The position numbers and the translations under genes were made by a program. From positions 8,392-72,391 of the forward strand of contig JAPLZC010000005.1 in the NCBI GenBank assembly GCA_026395215.1: a DNA stretch of 64,000 nt. The letters are read 5' to 3'. The notes under the pieces are model-generated. The model did no database searches. It was not told where the DNA came from and saw nothing but the letters and a program-made list of their open reading frames with translations. The DNA comes from Candidatus Staskawiczbacteria bacterium (GTDB lineage: Bacteria; Patescibacteriota; Minisyncoccia; Minisyncoccales; Staskawiczbacteraceae). This document shows, piece by piece, positions 34,955-43,497 of this stretch (position 1 is its first letter; every line of letters begins with the position of its first letter).

Positions 34955-36139
34955 TTATTTCTCAATTAATTTTTGTTTTTTAAACTCTTGTAAACTAAAA
35001 TTTACTTTATACAAATAAACTTCTGTATCTTTTATTTTCTTCAAAGCATAATACAACCTCTCATCATACTTAGCCGAAATTATAATTCCCTTTACCTGCT
35101 CACCATCAGCTTTATTTTCTTCTATCCAACCCATATAACGCGCCAGTTGCCCAACAGTGTCATCACTTGTTTGGTTCTTTTTTAACTCGATTACTACATA
35201 CTGTTTAGTTTTCTTATCTTTAACAAGAATGTCTATTCTACCAACATTGGTTTGATATTGTTGGCTAACTAATTCTCCGCCCTCTTCAATTAAATCATAT
35301 TTTTTTCCTAATTCTGTTTTATCCCAATTCTCAATCAGAAAATCCTCTAATTGGCTCTCCATATAAAACAAACTTGGGTCAGAAGATTCTTCCACCTCTA
35401 ATGTCCCGATACTTTCATTTCCTATATCTTGCTTTTTTAAACCACCCCAAGGAGCTGGATCATCTTCCGCTTGAACCTTCCAAGATGAAACAATTAGATA
35501 AGAGTATAGAAAACAAGATAAGGTTCGTGGAGAGCACTTTAAACCAGCGTTTCTAAATCCGTTTATTATGGCTTCATTACTTTTAATTATTTTTTGTCCT
35601 ATTAATTCCCCCTCAAAAAGATTTTCAGAAGGAATATTAAAATATTCAATAACTTTCTTGCGGTCATTCAGAGATATCACACTTATAAATGATTTCGGAT
35701 CCCAAGCAAAGAGCATGGCATTAATTGCATTCCCACTTTGTCCAGTTAAATTATTGTGCCTCCCCTGATTTAATTTATATAAATCATCGATTAGCGCAGC
35801 AATTTCTTCTTTTGAAAAATTGAATATCTGATTAAGTTTCTCTTTTAATTTTGGCTCCCTCTTTATCTCATTAAACATTCTCCTCCACGCTCCTTGTGGT
35901 ATCATTGCCTTTGCAACAGCCTCACTATTCTTATTGTTTCCCTTGCCATTTCTGTCTAATATTCTAACCACTTCATCTATTTCCGCATCATCTAACTCTT
36001 TATCGTTATCTACCAATATTTTATTGTTCCAAAAATTACGAAATAGAGCACTCTGTTTTGCCCATATAGCATCCTTCTCCTCCGTATTATAATCTGCTAT
36101 AAATTTATTGAATAAAGATAAAATTTCTTCTTTTTCCAT
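34955..36139 (-). CDS. NucS-C/DUF91-type PD-(D/E)XK nuclease with a different N-terminal domain (paralog 2)
   Basis: C-terminus reads VGRIDILVKDKKTKQYVVIELKKNQTSDDTVGQLARYMGWI. ATG 36139 lies 4 nt after the upstream stop. Confidence 0.65.
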   Translation of the reverse strand: MEKEEILSLFNKFIADYNTEEKDAIWAKQSALFRNFWNNKILVDNDKELDDAEIDEVVRILDRNGKGNNKNSEAVAKAMIPQGAWRRMFNEIKREPKLKEKLNQIFNFSKEEIAALIDDLYKLNQGRHNNLTGQSGNAINAMLFAWDPKSFISVISLNDRKKVIEYFNIPSENLFEGELIGQKIIKSNEAIINGFRNAGLKCSPRTLSCFLYSYLIVSSWKVQAEDDPAPWGGLKKQDIGNESIGTLEVEESSDPSLFYMESQLEDFLIENWDKTELGKKYDLIEEGGELVSQQYQTNVGRIDILVKDKKTKQYVVIELKKNQTSDDTVGQLARYMGWIEENKADGEQVKGIIISAKYDERLYYALKKIKDTEVYLYKVNFSLQEFKKQKLIEK

Positions 36140-36143
36140 ATTT

Positions 36144-37088
36144 TTATTTCTCAATTAATTTATTATTTATAAGTTCCACAAACATTATAACTTTATTCTT
36201 GTTCCAATCCATAATTTTGACATACTTTCCATTGTGCTTATTCGGTCGGTTATATTTACAACCCTCACACTCATATTTCTCAACAGTGTCTGGTGTCTCT
36301 CCGAAGAGTGTTAACTTACCAGGAATAACCTTATTTTCATGATGGCAACTCATAGGAACAACATACTTTAGACCATCCATTTGAAAAATATTCCAGCTTA
36401 TGATTTCGGCAAATTCTTCTTGTACTCTGAGGTCTGGTGATCGCTTAAACTTATCCTTGTAATAATCAATAAGCGTGTATAGCAAATTCTCGCGTGCAAG
36501 TAACACATTATCACCCTGCCACTCATAGCCGTAACTTGCCATAAATGCAACTTTTGCCCAGAATAACCACCCACCCTTTTTATGACAATGTTTAGATACT
36601 ATTTTCAATTTTTTATCTAAAAAACCAACCCGACTATCTAATTTGATAAGTTTGCCAGTATGCGCAGTTGGATTATAACGACTCGCAATGAATGGTGCTT
36701 CACCACATGTAATCTCTAGCTTCAACTCGCGCACATACTCTTGCCAATTGTTTTTATCAGACATGAAATTTTTCCCCGACATATCTGTCTCTTTGTTGAT
36801 CTGGTCAATAATTTTCAGTGGTGTAAAAACTTCAGCCTTGTCTTTAGTCCGTTTCTTCTGCTCCTCTAAGCTTTTGGATGCCCGCGGCTGTATGAGTAAT
36901 CCGTATTTACCGGTCACTAAATTTGGTGTGATACACAATTCAGGCAAAAACCCCTGACCGTATTTTTCATATGAATCAGTCGCCCAGATAATATTCTTTT
37001 TTGTTGTGCGATCAATAAGTAAAATATCGAGCAAATTACCAATTCGTCGCAATGTATTTTCTAGTATGTCGATATTTAGCTTAGACAT
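36144..37088 (-). CDS. Methyltransferase-fold-like partner protein lacking NPPY; C-terminal Cys cluster
   Basis: KAEVFTPLKIIDQIN and EITCGEAPFIASRY resemble the pre-motif-I and motif-I region of gamma-class MTases. No (N/D/S)PP(Y/F/W) motif is present. C-terminus carries SCHHEN..CEGCKYN. Confidence 0.5.
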   Translation of the reverse strand: MSKLNIDILENTLRRIGNLLDILLIDRTTKKNIIWATDSYEKYGQGFLPELCITPNLVTGKYGLLIQPRASKSLEEQKKRTKDKAEVFTPLKIIDQINKETDMSGKNFMSDKNNWQEYVRELKLEITCGEAPFIASRYNPTAHTGKLIKLDSRVGFLDKKLKIVSKHCHKKGGWLFWAKVAFMASYGYEWQGDNVLLARENLLYTLIDYYKDKFKRSPDLRVQEEFAEIISWNIFQMDGLKYVVPMSCHHENKVIPGKLTLFGETPDTVEKYECEGCKYNRPNKHNGKYVKIMDWNKNKVIMFVELINNKLIEK

Positions 37089-37093
37089 AAGAA

Positions 37094-40000
37094 TTATTCA
37101 AAACAACCAATGATATTTTTTTCAGATTTTTCCTGAATATTCGCCATTACAAAATTATTTATTTTTTCAGGTATTTTATATTTTTCCATTAACTTGATAT
37201 CAATTTCCTTAACTGATTTTTTCCACCATGCTTCAGAATAATTCTGAATGGGAACTGCTCCCCAAGCTGTGGTTGAATGTTGGGAGTGCTTATTAAAATA
37301 CAAAAGTGCTCGAGCAAATTTTGTCATTAAAAATTTTGCATGTTTTTTTGCCTCAGTAATATTACTAAAAGGCCCTTGCTCTTGGTAAGTTTCTGTAACT
37401 ATTTCATATGGTTTAGCTATGATGATATCAGAATATGCACCACCAAGACCCGCCTGCTCTGACATGTTTCCCCAAGCATAGGGAACAAATACTTTAAATT
37501 TATCAAACGCTTTGGTTTTTCTTGGTATTGGATATTCTTTTCCTAGATAATAAACTTTACCAGAGAGAGCATATAATTTAACATCGTCTGCATTCCGTTG
37601 TTTTGTGTGTATTGGTGGCAAACCATATTTAGCTGGATCCTTGATCACGTCAGTACGTAGACCATATGGTTTAAGAACTGACGTAATAGATTGCATAGGA
37701 ACAAAATCTTCGAATGCTGTAACTATTTTTGCCATTTCCCGAATTTCTTTAGGTTTTCTATCATGATTTTGTTCAGTTGGTAGCAGTATTATTTGTGGAT
37801 CTTTTCCGTTAGTAAATATTTTTTGACTACCGTTTAAACCATTATTATATCCGTGTTTCCATAAAACTATATTTGTCCACTCTGCTCCGGCGATACCAGG
37901 AAAGACATTTTGCCGGTTGTCTACAAAGACTACCTGAGGATCTTCTTTGATGTCTTTATTGTTAAGTAGTCTTAAATTATTGCCATTCTTAGGGTCCTGC
38001 CATCCAATTGGAAAAATGAGTGAAACAAATTCACCAAGCTCACGACTCGCTAAATAAAAATAGGGATAAATCTGTTGATGATTTTCTCCTTGATATGGCG
38101 GATTTCCTACGATGGCTGTAAATTTCATATTTTTTCCAAAATTAATTTTAATTTTATCAGATAAGGCATTGCGATTTTCAACCATTTGTGTATCCTCGTC
38201 CTCAAAATATACAAAATTCTTTTCTACTTTATACTTAACTTTTTTTAATTCTGGTCGTCTATGCATAAAGCCAAAAATAGTATCGCTAGATATTAAGTGT
38301 AAAATCTTACTCGGTGCAAAGCCGTATACTTGGTGCGTTAATATATGTTCTAGGCGTTTATTCTTATCGGGTATTTGGCGCTGTAAGTTATTATACAACC
38401 TTTTAACTATTTCAGTTATAAACAACCCCGATTTCATATATGGGTCAAGAAATGTATTCTCTTTTGATTTGAATATACCAGGATTCTGCTTTTCGAGGGT
38501 ATCGATTATCATTTTAACAACAGCTTTAGGGGTATATATCTGATTAGTTTGCTGTGGAGGAATGTAGTCAAATATATCTGAATCGCTGTCATTTTCATAA
38601 TAGTCCGCCAACTTCTCCTTACGGCTTAAAAATTCGACAATTGAGGCATTAAAAACTTCTTCATTGAATAATTTATACTTATCACGCAATTCCTGGAATT
38701 GTTCTTTAGTAATACCGACAAGCTCTTGAAAGGTTATAGAGTCTATATACTTTTCAAAATTATCGAGTCTAGTGTCTGGTTTACCATATGCCATCAAAAT
38801 CATTGGAACAGCACGAGCAAAGTAACGTAAGTGATCATGAATTGCATTTTCTTGTTCAGCCTCTTCCTTTTCAGCCTGTTTTTCCAGCTTGGTTTTTATA
38901 TCAGAAGGAGGCAAGTCATCAACGGTTGGTGGCTGATCTGTTGGCAAGTCTGGGTTGTCTTGTATCAATTCTTCGTATTTTTTCTTACCAAGGTTTGATT
39001 TATTGAGTATCAGATTGCCATCATTATCGTACTCAAGTTGAGGCTCGGAAATAGGGTTTTTGTTTTTGTCATGCTCTATGCGCCCTTTTTTTATAGTACC
39101 CATTTCATTCAATATATCTCGTGCGCTGGCAGGCAGGTGAAAGATGTTACCAATGTTGAAAAGCTTATTTGAGGTAATAAATTTACCGTCAACGATCTCC
39201 TGCGTCATGAGTTTGAGGGGCATAGTAACGACTTCATTGGCATCAAGCTCTTTCATCTCGCCGTATTCATCTTCAGCAACTACAGTCAAAAAGTTAAGTA
39301 ATTTTTTTACCTTATCTTTGGCTCCCTCCCCGCCCCCAATAACACTCTTGGCATAATCTTGAAATATAAGCAACAATCTATCGGGCGCAAAATCAAACAC
39401 ATAACAGTTTTCTTTTACCATGTCGTTGCCACTTTTGTCCGTATAGCGCCATGGATTCTGTCCTCGAAAAGCAGCCTGAAGATATTTGGTAGCGGAGGTC
39501 TTGCCACCTTCAGCCCCGTAAAGCATCAACACCGCAGTCCATGGTTTTACAGTTACACCAGTTGTTAATTGCCCACATGAAAGGGTAATAGTCTTAGTTG
39601 TAAGTGGTTTATTGTCTTCACCAATAATATTCTTAACTTTCTCTAGTGCAGTTTTTCCTTCGTGCTCAGTGTCACCTTTAGCAGCAGCATCAATAATTTC
39701 ATAATCAGCAAAAATCTTCCGAGAAGGAGAGTTTCTCGCCTGCTCTTGCATAAGTTTCTTTAGTGCTTTGACGGCAGATACACCTGGCAGTAGCCAAAAT
39801 GTATGCTTAAGTTCATCACGAATCTCTTTGTCCGCGAATGGAAATGGTCGAGCATTTTGGTCATTTTTGCTATTAATACCGAACATATTATCTAGAAACT
39901 TCAGCACCATCTCTTCATATACAAACTTGGCTTGTGTGGTCTTAAATAGCTCGTTAAGATCAAAAGCGTATTCACCATCTGCGACAGTAGCATTAAGAGT

Positions 40001-41122
40001 GTTAGAAAGTCTGTATGCAAACATATTCAGACGGGGCAGTTCATAATAAGGATTTTCGCCGTCGGTCGGGTCCCAGTTTTCCTTAGCAGATTGCTCATCC
40101 TCGTAAGTCCAGTTAAAGATTTGTTTAATATTAAATTTTTTGCTTGTTAGTGCCTTGAATGGTGTCCCCGAGAGATGAAGGGTAAAGTTAGTCCGTAGAT
40201 TTTTAAAAAGTTTGTAAGCATTCTCAGTTTCGGTCGCTTCATGACTTTCGTCTATTATAAAAAGATCCCATGATTCATTGAAAATCCATTGATTCTTTTG
40301 CTTAAAAGACTCTAGATTATTCGTATCTCTACCTTTAATATCCTGCAATGATATAAAAAAGATCGTTGACTCTCCATTCTTAATGGCGGTCTTAGTTTCA
40401 CTAACGGTTAGCGCACGACCCTGTAAATGACCTGCGGTGGTAATATGTTTGTTGTCTTTTGTAGAACCAAATTTAAAGATTCCTTTAGGTTGAATAAACT
40501 GCCGGTAATCAGTATACCAAGAATCAGAAATAGCCGGACGATTTGTAACAATAAGTACTTTTTTAGCCTTAATTTTTTCTATGAACCAGTAACTGGTCAA
40601 AGTTTTGCCGAAGCGAGGTTTGGCGTTCCATAGAAATTCACGCTTTCCCTGTTGTGAGTTATTCCAATATGCATAGGTTTGATCAATGGCATACTGCTGT
40701 TCATCACGAAGTGTAATGCCTAGATTAATTTTTTTAAGAATATCCGTGTCAAAACCGCTCAGATTTTTGCGTGCTTCTATGGCTGCAATGGCCTCGTTTT
40801 TGGTCATTTTATACCATTCTGCAAAACGACCACTTTTAGAATTTTTCTTTTTCTCACGCTCATACTTTCCAGTAGCGTCAATAATTGCATGAACTTCAAA
40901 ATCACGGAATGGCTTGCCATTCTTATCAATAGCATCGGTCATATAGAGCGTTTCTGCCTTAATATTATCGGCTTCATTTTGCTCTTTGATACGACCGGAG
41001 TTAAAACCAGTCTGATCACCAATTTTTAGCCAACCTAAATGTTCTTGGCTCTCGGGGTGATGATAGACATAAATTACCTTTTTTTCTTTGCCTGTTGCTT
41101 TGATATTATTCATAATAACCAT
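37094..41122 (-). CDS. T5orf172/GIY-YIG-like + SF2 helicase + gamma-class N6-adenine DNA methyltransferase fusion (Type ISP-like)
   Basis: GGAG lies 6 nt before ATG 41122. N-terminus reads VIYVYHH..LKIGDQT..RIKEQN..HAII..FAEWYK. Helicase motifs are AKPRFGKT, FIIDESHE, LSGTPF and QAAFRGQNP. MTase motifs are FLDPYMKSGLF and AIVGNPPYQ. Confidence 0.75.
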   Translation of the reverse strand: MVIMNNIKATGKEKKVIYVYHHPESQEHLGWLKIGDQTGFNSGRIKEQNEADNIKAETLYMTDAIDKNGKPFRDFEVHAIIDATGKYEREKKKNSKSGRFAEWYKMTKNEAIAAIEARKNLSGFDTDILKKINLGITLRDEQQYAIDQTYAYWNNSQQGKREFLWNAKPRFGKTLTSYWFIEKIKAKKVLIVTNRPAISDSWYTDYRQFIQPKGIFKFGSTKDNKHITTAGHLQGRALTVSETKTAIKNGESTIFFISLQDIKGRDTNNLESFKQKNQWIFNESWDLFIIDESHEATETENAYKLFKNLRTNFTLHLSGTPFKALTSKKFNIKQIFNWTYEDEQSAKENWDPTDGENPYYELPRLNMFAYRLSNTLNATVADGEYAFDLNELFKTTQAKFVYEEMVLKFLDNMFGINSKNDQNARPFPFADKEIRDELKHTFWLLPGVSAVKALKKLMQEQARNSPSRKIFADYEIIDAAAKGDTEHEGKTALEKVKNIIGEDNKPLTTKTITLSCGQLTTGVTVKPWTAVLMLYGAEGGKTSATKYLQAAFRGQNPWRYTDKSGNDMVKENCYVFDFAPDRLLLIFQDYAKSVIGGGEGAKDKVKKLLNFLTVVAEDEYGEMKELDANEVVTMPLKLMTQEIVDGKFITSNKLFNIGNIFHLPASARDILNEMGTIKKGRIEHDKNKNPISEPQLEYDNDGNLILNKSNLGKKKYEELIQDNPDLPTDQPPTVDDLPPSDIKTKLEKQAEKEEAEQENAIHDHLRYFARAVPMILMAYGKPDTRLDNFEKYIDSITFQELVGITKEQFQELRDKYKLFNEEVFNASIVEFLSRKEKLADYYENDSDSDIFDYIPPQQTNQIYTPKAVVKMIIDTLEKQNPGIFKSKENTFLDPYMKSGLFITEIVKRLYNNLQRQIPDKNKRLEHILTHQVYGFAPSKILHLISSDTIFGFMHRRPELKKVKYKVEKNFVYFEDEDTQMVENRNALSDKIKINFGKNMKFTAIVGNPPYQGENHQQIYPYFYLASRELGEFVSLIFPIGWQDPKNGNNLRLLNNKDIKEDPQVVFVDNRQNVFPGIAGAEWTNIVLWKHGYNNGLNGSQKIFTNGKDPQIILLPTEQNHDRKPKEIREMAKIVTAFEDFVPMQSITSVLKPYGLRTDVIKDPAKYGLPPIHTKQRNADDVKLYALSGKVYYLGKEYPIPRKTKAFDKFKVFVPYAWGNMSEQAGLGGAYSDIIIAKPYEIVTETYQEQGPFSNITEAKKHAKFLMTKFARALLYFNKHSQHSTTAWGAVPIQNYSEAWWKKSVKEIDIKLMEKYKIPEKINNFVMANIQEKSEKNIIGCFE

Positions 41123-41161
41123 TATTATCTCCAGTTTAGTCCTAAATCGGGTTGGGTTCAA
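41123..41161 (-). repeat. Upstream box (U-box), copy 1
   Basis: Minus strand reads TTGAACCCAACCCGATTTAGGACTAAACTGGAGATAATA. Near-identical to 42494-42533. Readable as TTGAAC-17-TAAACT. Confidence 0.6.
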
Positions 41162-41261
41162 TACTTCGACTCGTTTTCACTCGCTCACCACAGTGCCACA
41201 AAATAAAAAAAGCCCCACGAGTTATCGCGGGGTTGAATGCATTATGAAACAGTTTTGATTC

Positions 41262-41696
41262 TCATTGCCTGGGGAATACCCGACGCTCCAACCATAATTC
41301 GTTTGGGTTGATGGGGCGACCTATTGGACCTTGAGAAACGCAAACCCATATAAATATCGCCACCGCTATGGCCAACATTATCTTAGCTATAGTTTCTGAT
41401 ATTACCATCAAAAGAAACAGGAAAAGGCCGGCACCTATAAATCCTAAACTACCCATAATCGCCCTCACCCACCACGGCCAAAGTTTCATTACCAGTGTAA
41501 TGTAGGGAATGAAAAGCGTGAATGCGCACAGGGCAAAGACGCTAGCCCAAAACAAAGACAACCACAACCATTTCTTTTCAGTCAGTTTGTTGTCCCTGTC
41601 TGATTCGTGAAAACAAAACGCTATGAAAAATGCAGCTCCCAGTATTATCTCAACAACTGCAACGAAGCAGTAACCACCCAAAGATAAAATGCTCAT
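41262..41696 (-). CDS. Integral membrane protein (moderately GC-rich cassette)
   Basis: ATG 41696 (MSILSLGGYCFVAVVE..) follows the leader hairpin, the GCTCTTTGACA box and AGAAAGGA. Terminator CCCCGCGATAACTCGTGGGG plus T-run at about 41208-41240. Confidence 0.55.
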   Translation of the reverse strand: MSILSLGGYCFVAVVEIILGAAFFIAFCFHESDRDNKLTEKKWLWLSLFWASVFALCAFTLFIPYITLVMKLWPWWVRAIMGSLGFIGAGLFLFLLMVISETIAKIMLAIAVAIFIWVCVSQGPIGRPINPNELWLERRVFPRQ

Positions 41697-41904
41697 TTGA
41701 TATTCCTTTCTTGTCAAAGAGCAACCCATTTGCTCCTTTATTCTCCTTAATTTAAGCTTACTACTAACCATGGGTTTGTCAATCCTTCGACTCCCTTCGA
41801 CTACGCTCAGGGCAGGCGCTCAGGACAGGTAATTTCTCTGGCAAACAAAATCGGCTCAGCGCACCCAAGGGGTACCCGGCCGATGAGCCGATTGGGGAGA
41901 TTAA

Positions 41905-42486
41905 TTAATTTGATAATTTTAATAAGGCCAAAAGGGCTTCGGGGAATTTGGTTATGCCGGAAGAACCGCTGAAGTGATCGCGGTTTTCTAAAATAATTAT
42001 TTCTGAACCAAGTTTATCTTTGTAGTCTTCGGCGTTATCTAAAGAAACATATTTGTCGTTGGTAGAAAAAATGGCAACGCTTTTGTTTATGTGCTTTTTT
42101 ACTTTGGCAAAATCAATTGGTGTTTTATTCCATTCCCTATCAACATCAATAGCGTCTGGCTCTCGCTCTAAATTGGTGATTGGTCTAAAAAATCCGGCAA
42201 CAAAAACCGCACCTCCAATTTTTACATTTTCGGGCAAACTCTCAAGATATCTTACTATTGTTTGGCATCCCATGCTGTGACCTACAAAATAAGTTTCGGA
42301 GTCCGGGACTCCGACAACCTTTGATAAAGCAGGCACCCATTTATTTATCCGCGGAACATCGGCGTCTGGCAATTGCGGAACAAAAACTGCAAAGCCATTT
42401 TTTTCTAATTCTTCTTTAATCCAAGGAAACCATCCCTCTTCAGGATTTCCACTCCATCCGTGTATAATGTAAACTTTCTTCGCCAT
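41905..42486 (-). CDS. Alpha/beta serine hydrolase (YdeN/RBBP9-like)
   Basis: VYIIHGW, nucleophile elbow VGHSMG, C-terminal D and H. The 10-bp stem AATCGGCTCA/TGAGCCGATT terminator lies at about 41852-41898. Confidence 0.7.
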   Translation of the reverse strand: MAKKVYIIHGWSGNPEEGWFPWIKEELEKNGFAVFVPQLPDADVPRINKWVPALSKVVGVPDSETYFVGHSMGCQTIVRYLESLPENVKIGGAVFVAGFFRPITNLEREPDAIDVDREWNKTPIDFAKVKKHINKSVAIFSTNDKYVSLDNAEDYKDKLGSEIIILENRDHFSGSSGITKFPEALLALLKLSN

Positions 42487-42493
42487 AATTTTT

Positions 42494-42533
42494 TTATTAC
42501 CTTTAGTTTATTCCTAAATCGGGTTGGGTTCAA
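42494..42533 (-). repeat. Upstream box (U-box), copy 2
   Basis: Minus strand reads TTGAACCCAACCCGATTTAGGAATAAACTAAAGGTAATAA. Confidence 0.6.
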
Positions 42534-42646
42534 GGGTGGTGGGGTGTAATTTTTTTGGGGACGGGGGTTTCGGGGCTGCGGACGAGAGAGCAGATTTGCG
42601 CTGAACTCATTGTCCAATAATCTTTTAAACACCACCTCAACTCCCT

Positions 42647-42669
42647 CAAGTTAACATTATGTTAACTTG
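42647..42669. promoter_or_regulatory. Perfect 23-bp palindrome (candidate operator)
   Basis: CAAGTTAACAT-T-ATGTTAACTTG, with 11-bp arms. Confidence 0.4.
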
Positions 42670-42788
42670 CGCATTTTTGGGTCATTAAAAAATAAAACCT
42701 TGCTCTTGACAAGGGGGTATAATCTGCTAATATTATAGTATAACTACAAAAAAGACCCTAATGAGGTTCGTCCTCGTCGGGGGCTTTT

Positions 42789-43283
42789 TTATTTATACGA
42801 CAGAATTGAACGCTGATCATTTATGTAAGATATTTTAGCACCAGTTCTCTTCAGCAATATAGAACATTTCTCTTTATCGCTTGGAGATAACACCGAAATA
42901 AGTTTTTTCCTTTCTGACAAAAACTTTACTAAACTAGCATAATCTCCATCGCTAGTTATAATAATCGCATTATCAAATTTTTTTTCGTAGAAATCGCTAG
43001 TGACTTGAAAAACTAAATCGGCATCACAATTACCTTTCGCTTTGCCTTCGCCATCATAAACCACCTCTTTAAAAACGAGCATAAAACCAGCTTCCTGGAG
43101 ATATCTATAAATTTCTTTATGCTTTGGAATCAGACCGATAAATAGATAAGCAGTTTTTACGCTATATTTTTCAGAAAGCCAAACTCTAAATCTTTTGTAA
43201 TCCAAACTCCACCCCAAACTCTTAATGCCTCTGTGCAAATTTGCTCCATCAATATACGCGTAATTATTTTCTTTTTTATCCAT
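42789..43283 (-). CDS. NYN/LabA-like domain protein
   Basis: AYIDGANLHRG..YLFIG..KGNCDADLV..IIITSDGDYASLVKFL. Bidirectional hairpin terminator at about 42745-42786. Confidence 0.75.
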   Translation of the reverse strand: MDKKENNYAYIDGANLHRGIKSLGWSLDYKRFRVWLSEKYSVKTAYLFIGLIPKHKEIYRYLQEAGFMLVFKEVVYDGEGKAKGNCDADLVFQVTSDFYEKKFDNAIIITSDGDYASLVKFLSERKKLISVLSPSDKEKCSILLKRTGAKISYINDQRSILSYK

Positions 43284-43437
43284 ATTCTATATATCCATTT
43301 TATCCCTAAACCAACTCATTTTCAAGGTTCAACTGTAATCTCCCCCGCCCCAGGTTAATGAGTATTGACCTGGCCATTCCACTTTCACCAAGCCATAAAG
43401 GAATCCAAATAATCTTTTATGCACGTAAAAATCAAAC

Positions 43438-43467
43438 AAAAAAAAGACGCTTATTTGATTCAGCGTC
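43438..43467 (-). terminator. Shared cassette terminator, copy R1
   Basis: Minus strand reads GACGCTGAATCAAATAAGCGTC followed by T8. Confidence 0.7.
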
Positions 43468-43497
43468 ATGCTTGCAGAACAAGCAATTGCGCCTGAT

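Noticed and set aside
28900-41200. Island considered as a prophage or integrative element
   Set aside because: No integrase, recombinase, capsid, terminase or replication genes were recognised. There are no flanking att-like duplications apart from the U-box, which brackets a different segment.
42405-42635. ORF 42405-42635 and the N-terminal extension of ORF 37094-41161 (shared ..LNPTRFR.KL.. peptide)
   Set aside because: The shared peptide is just the translation of the duplicated upstream box. Both use non-ATG starts that overlap the box, and better ATG starts with Shine-Dalgarno sequences lie downstream.
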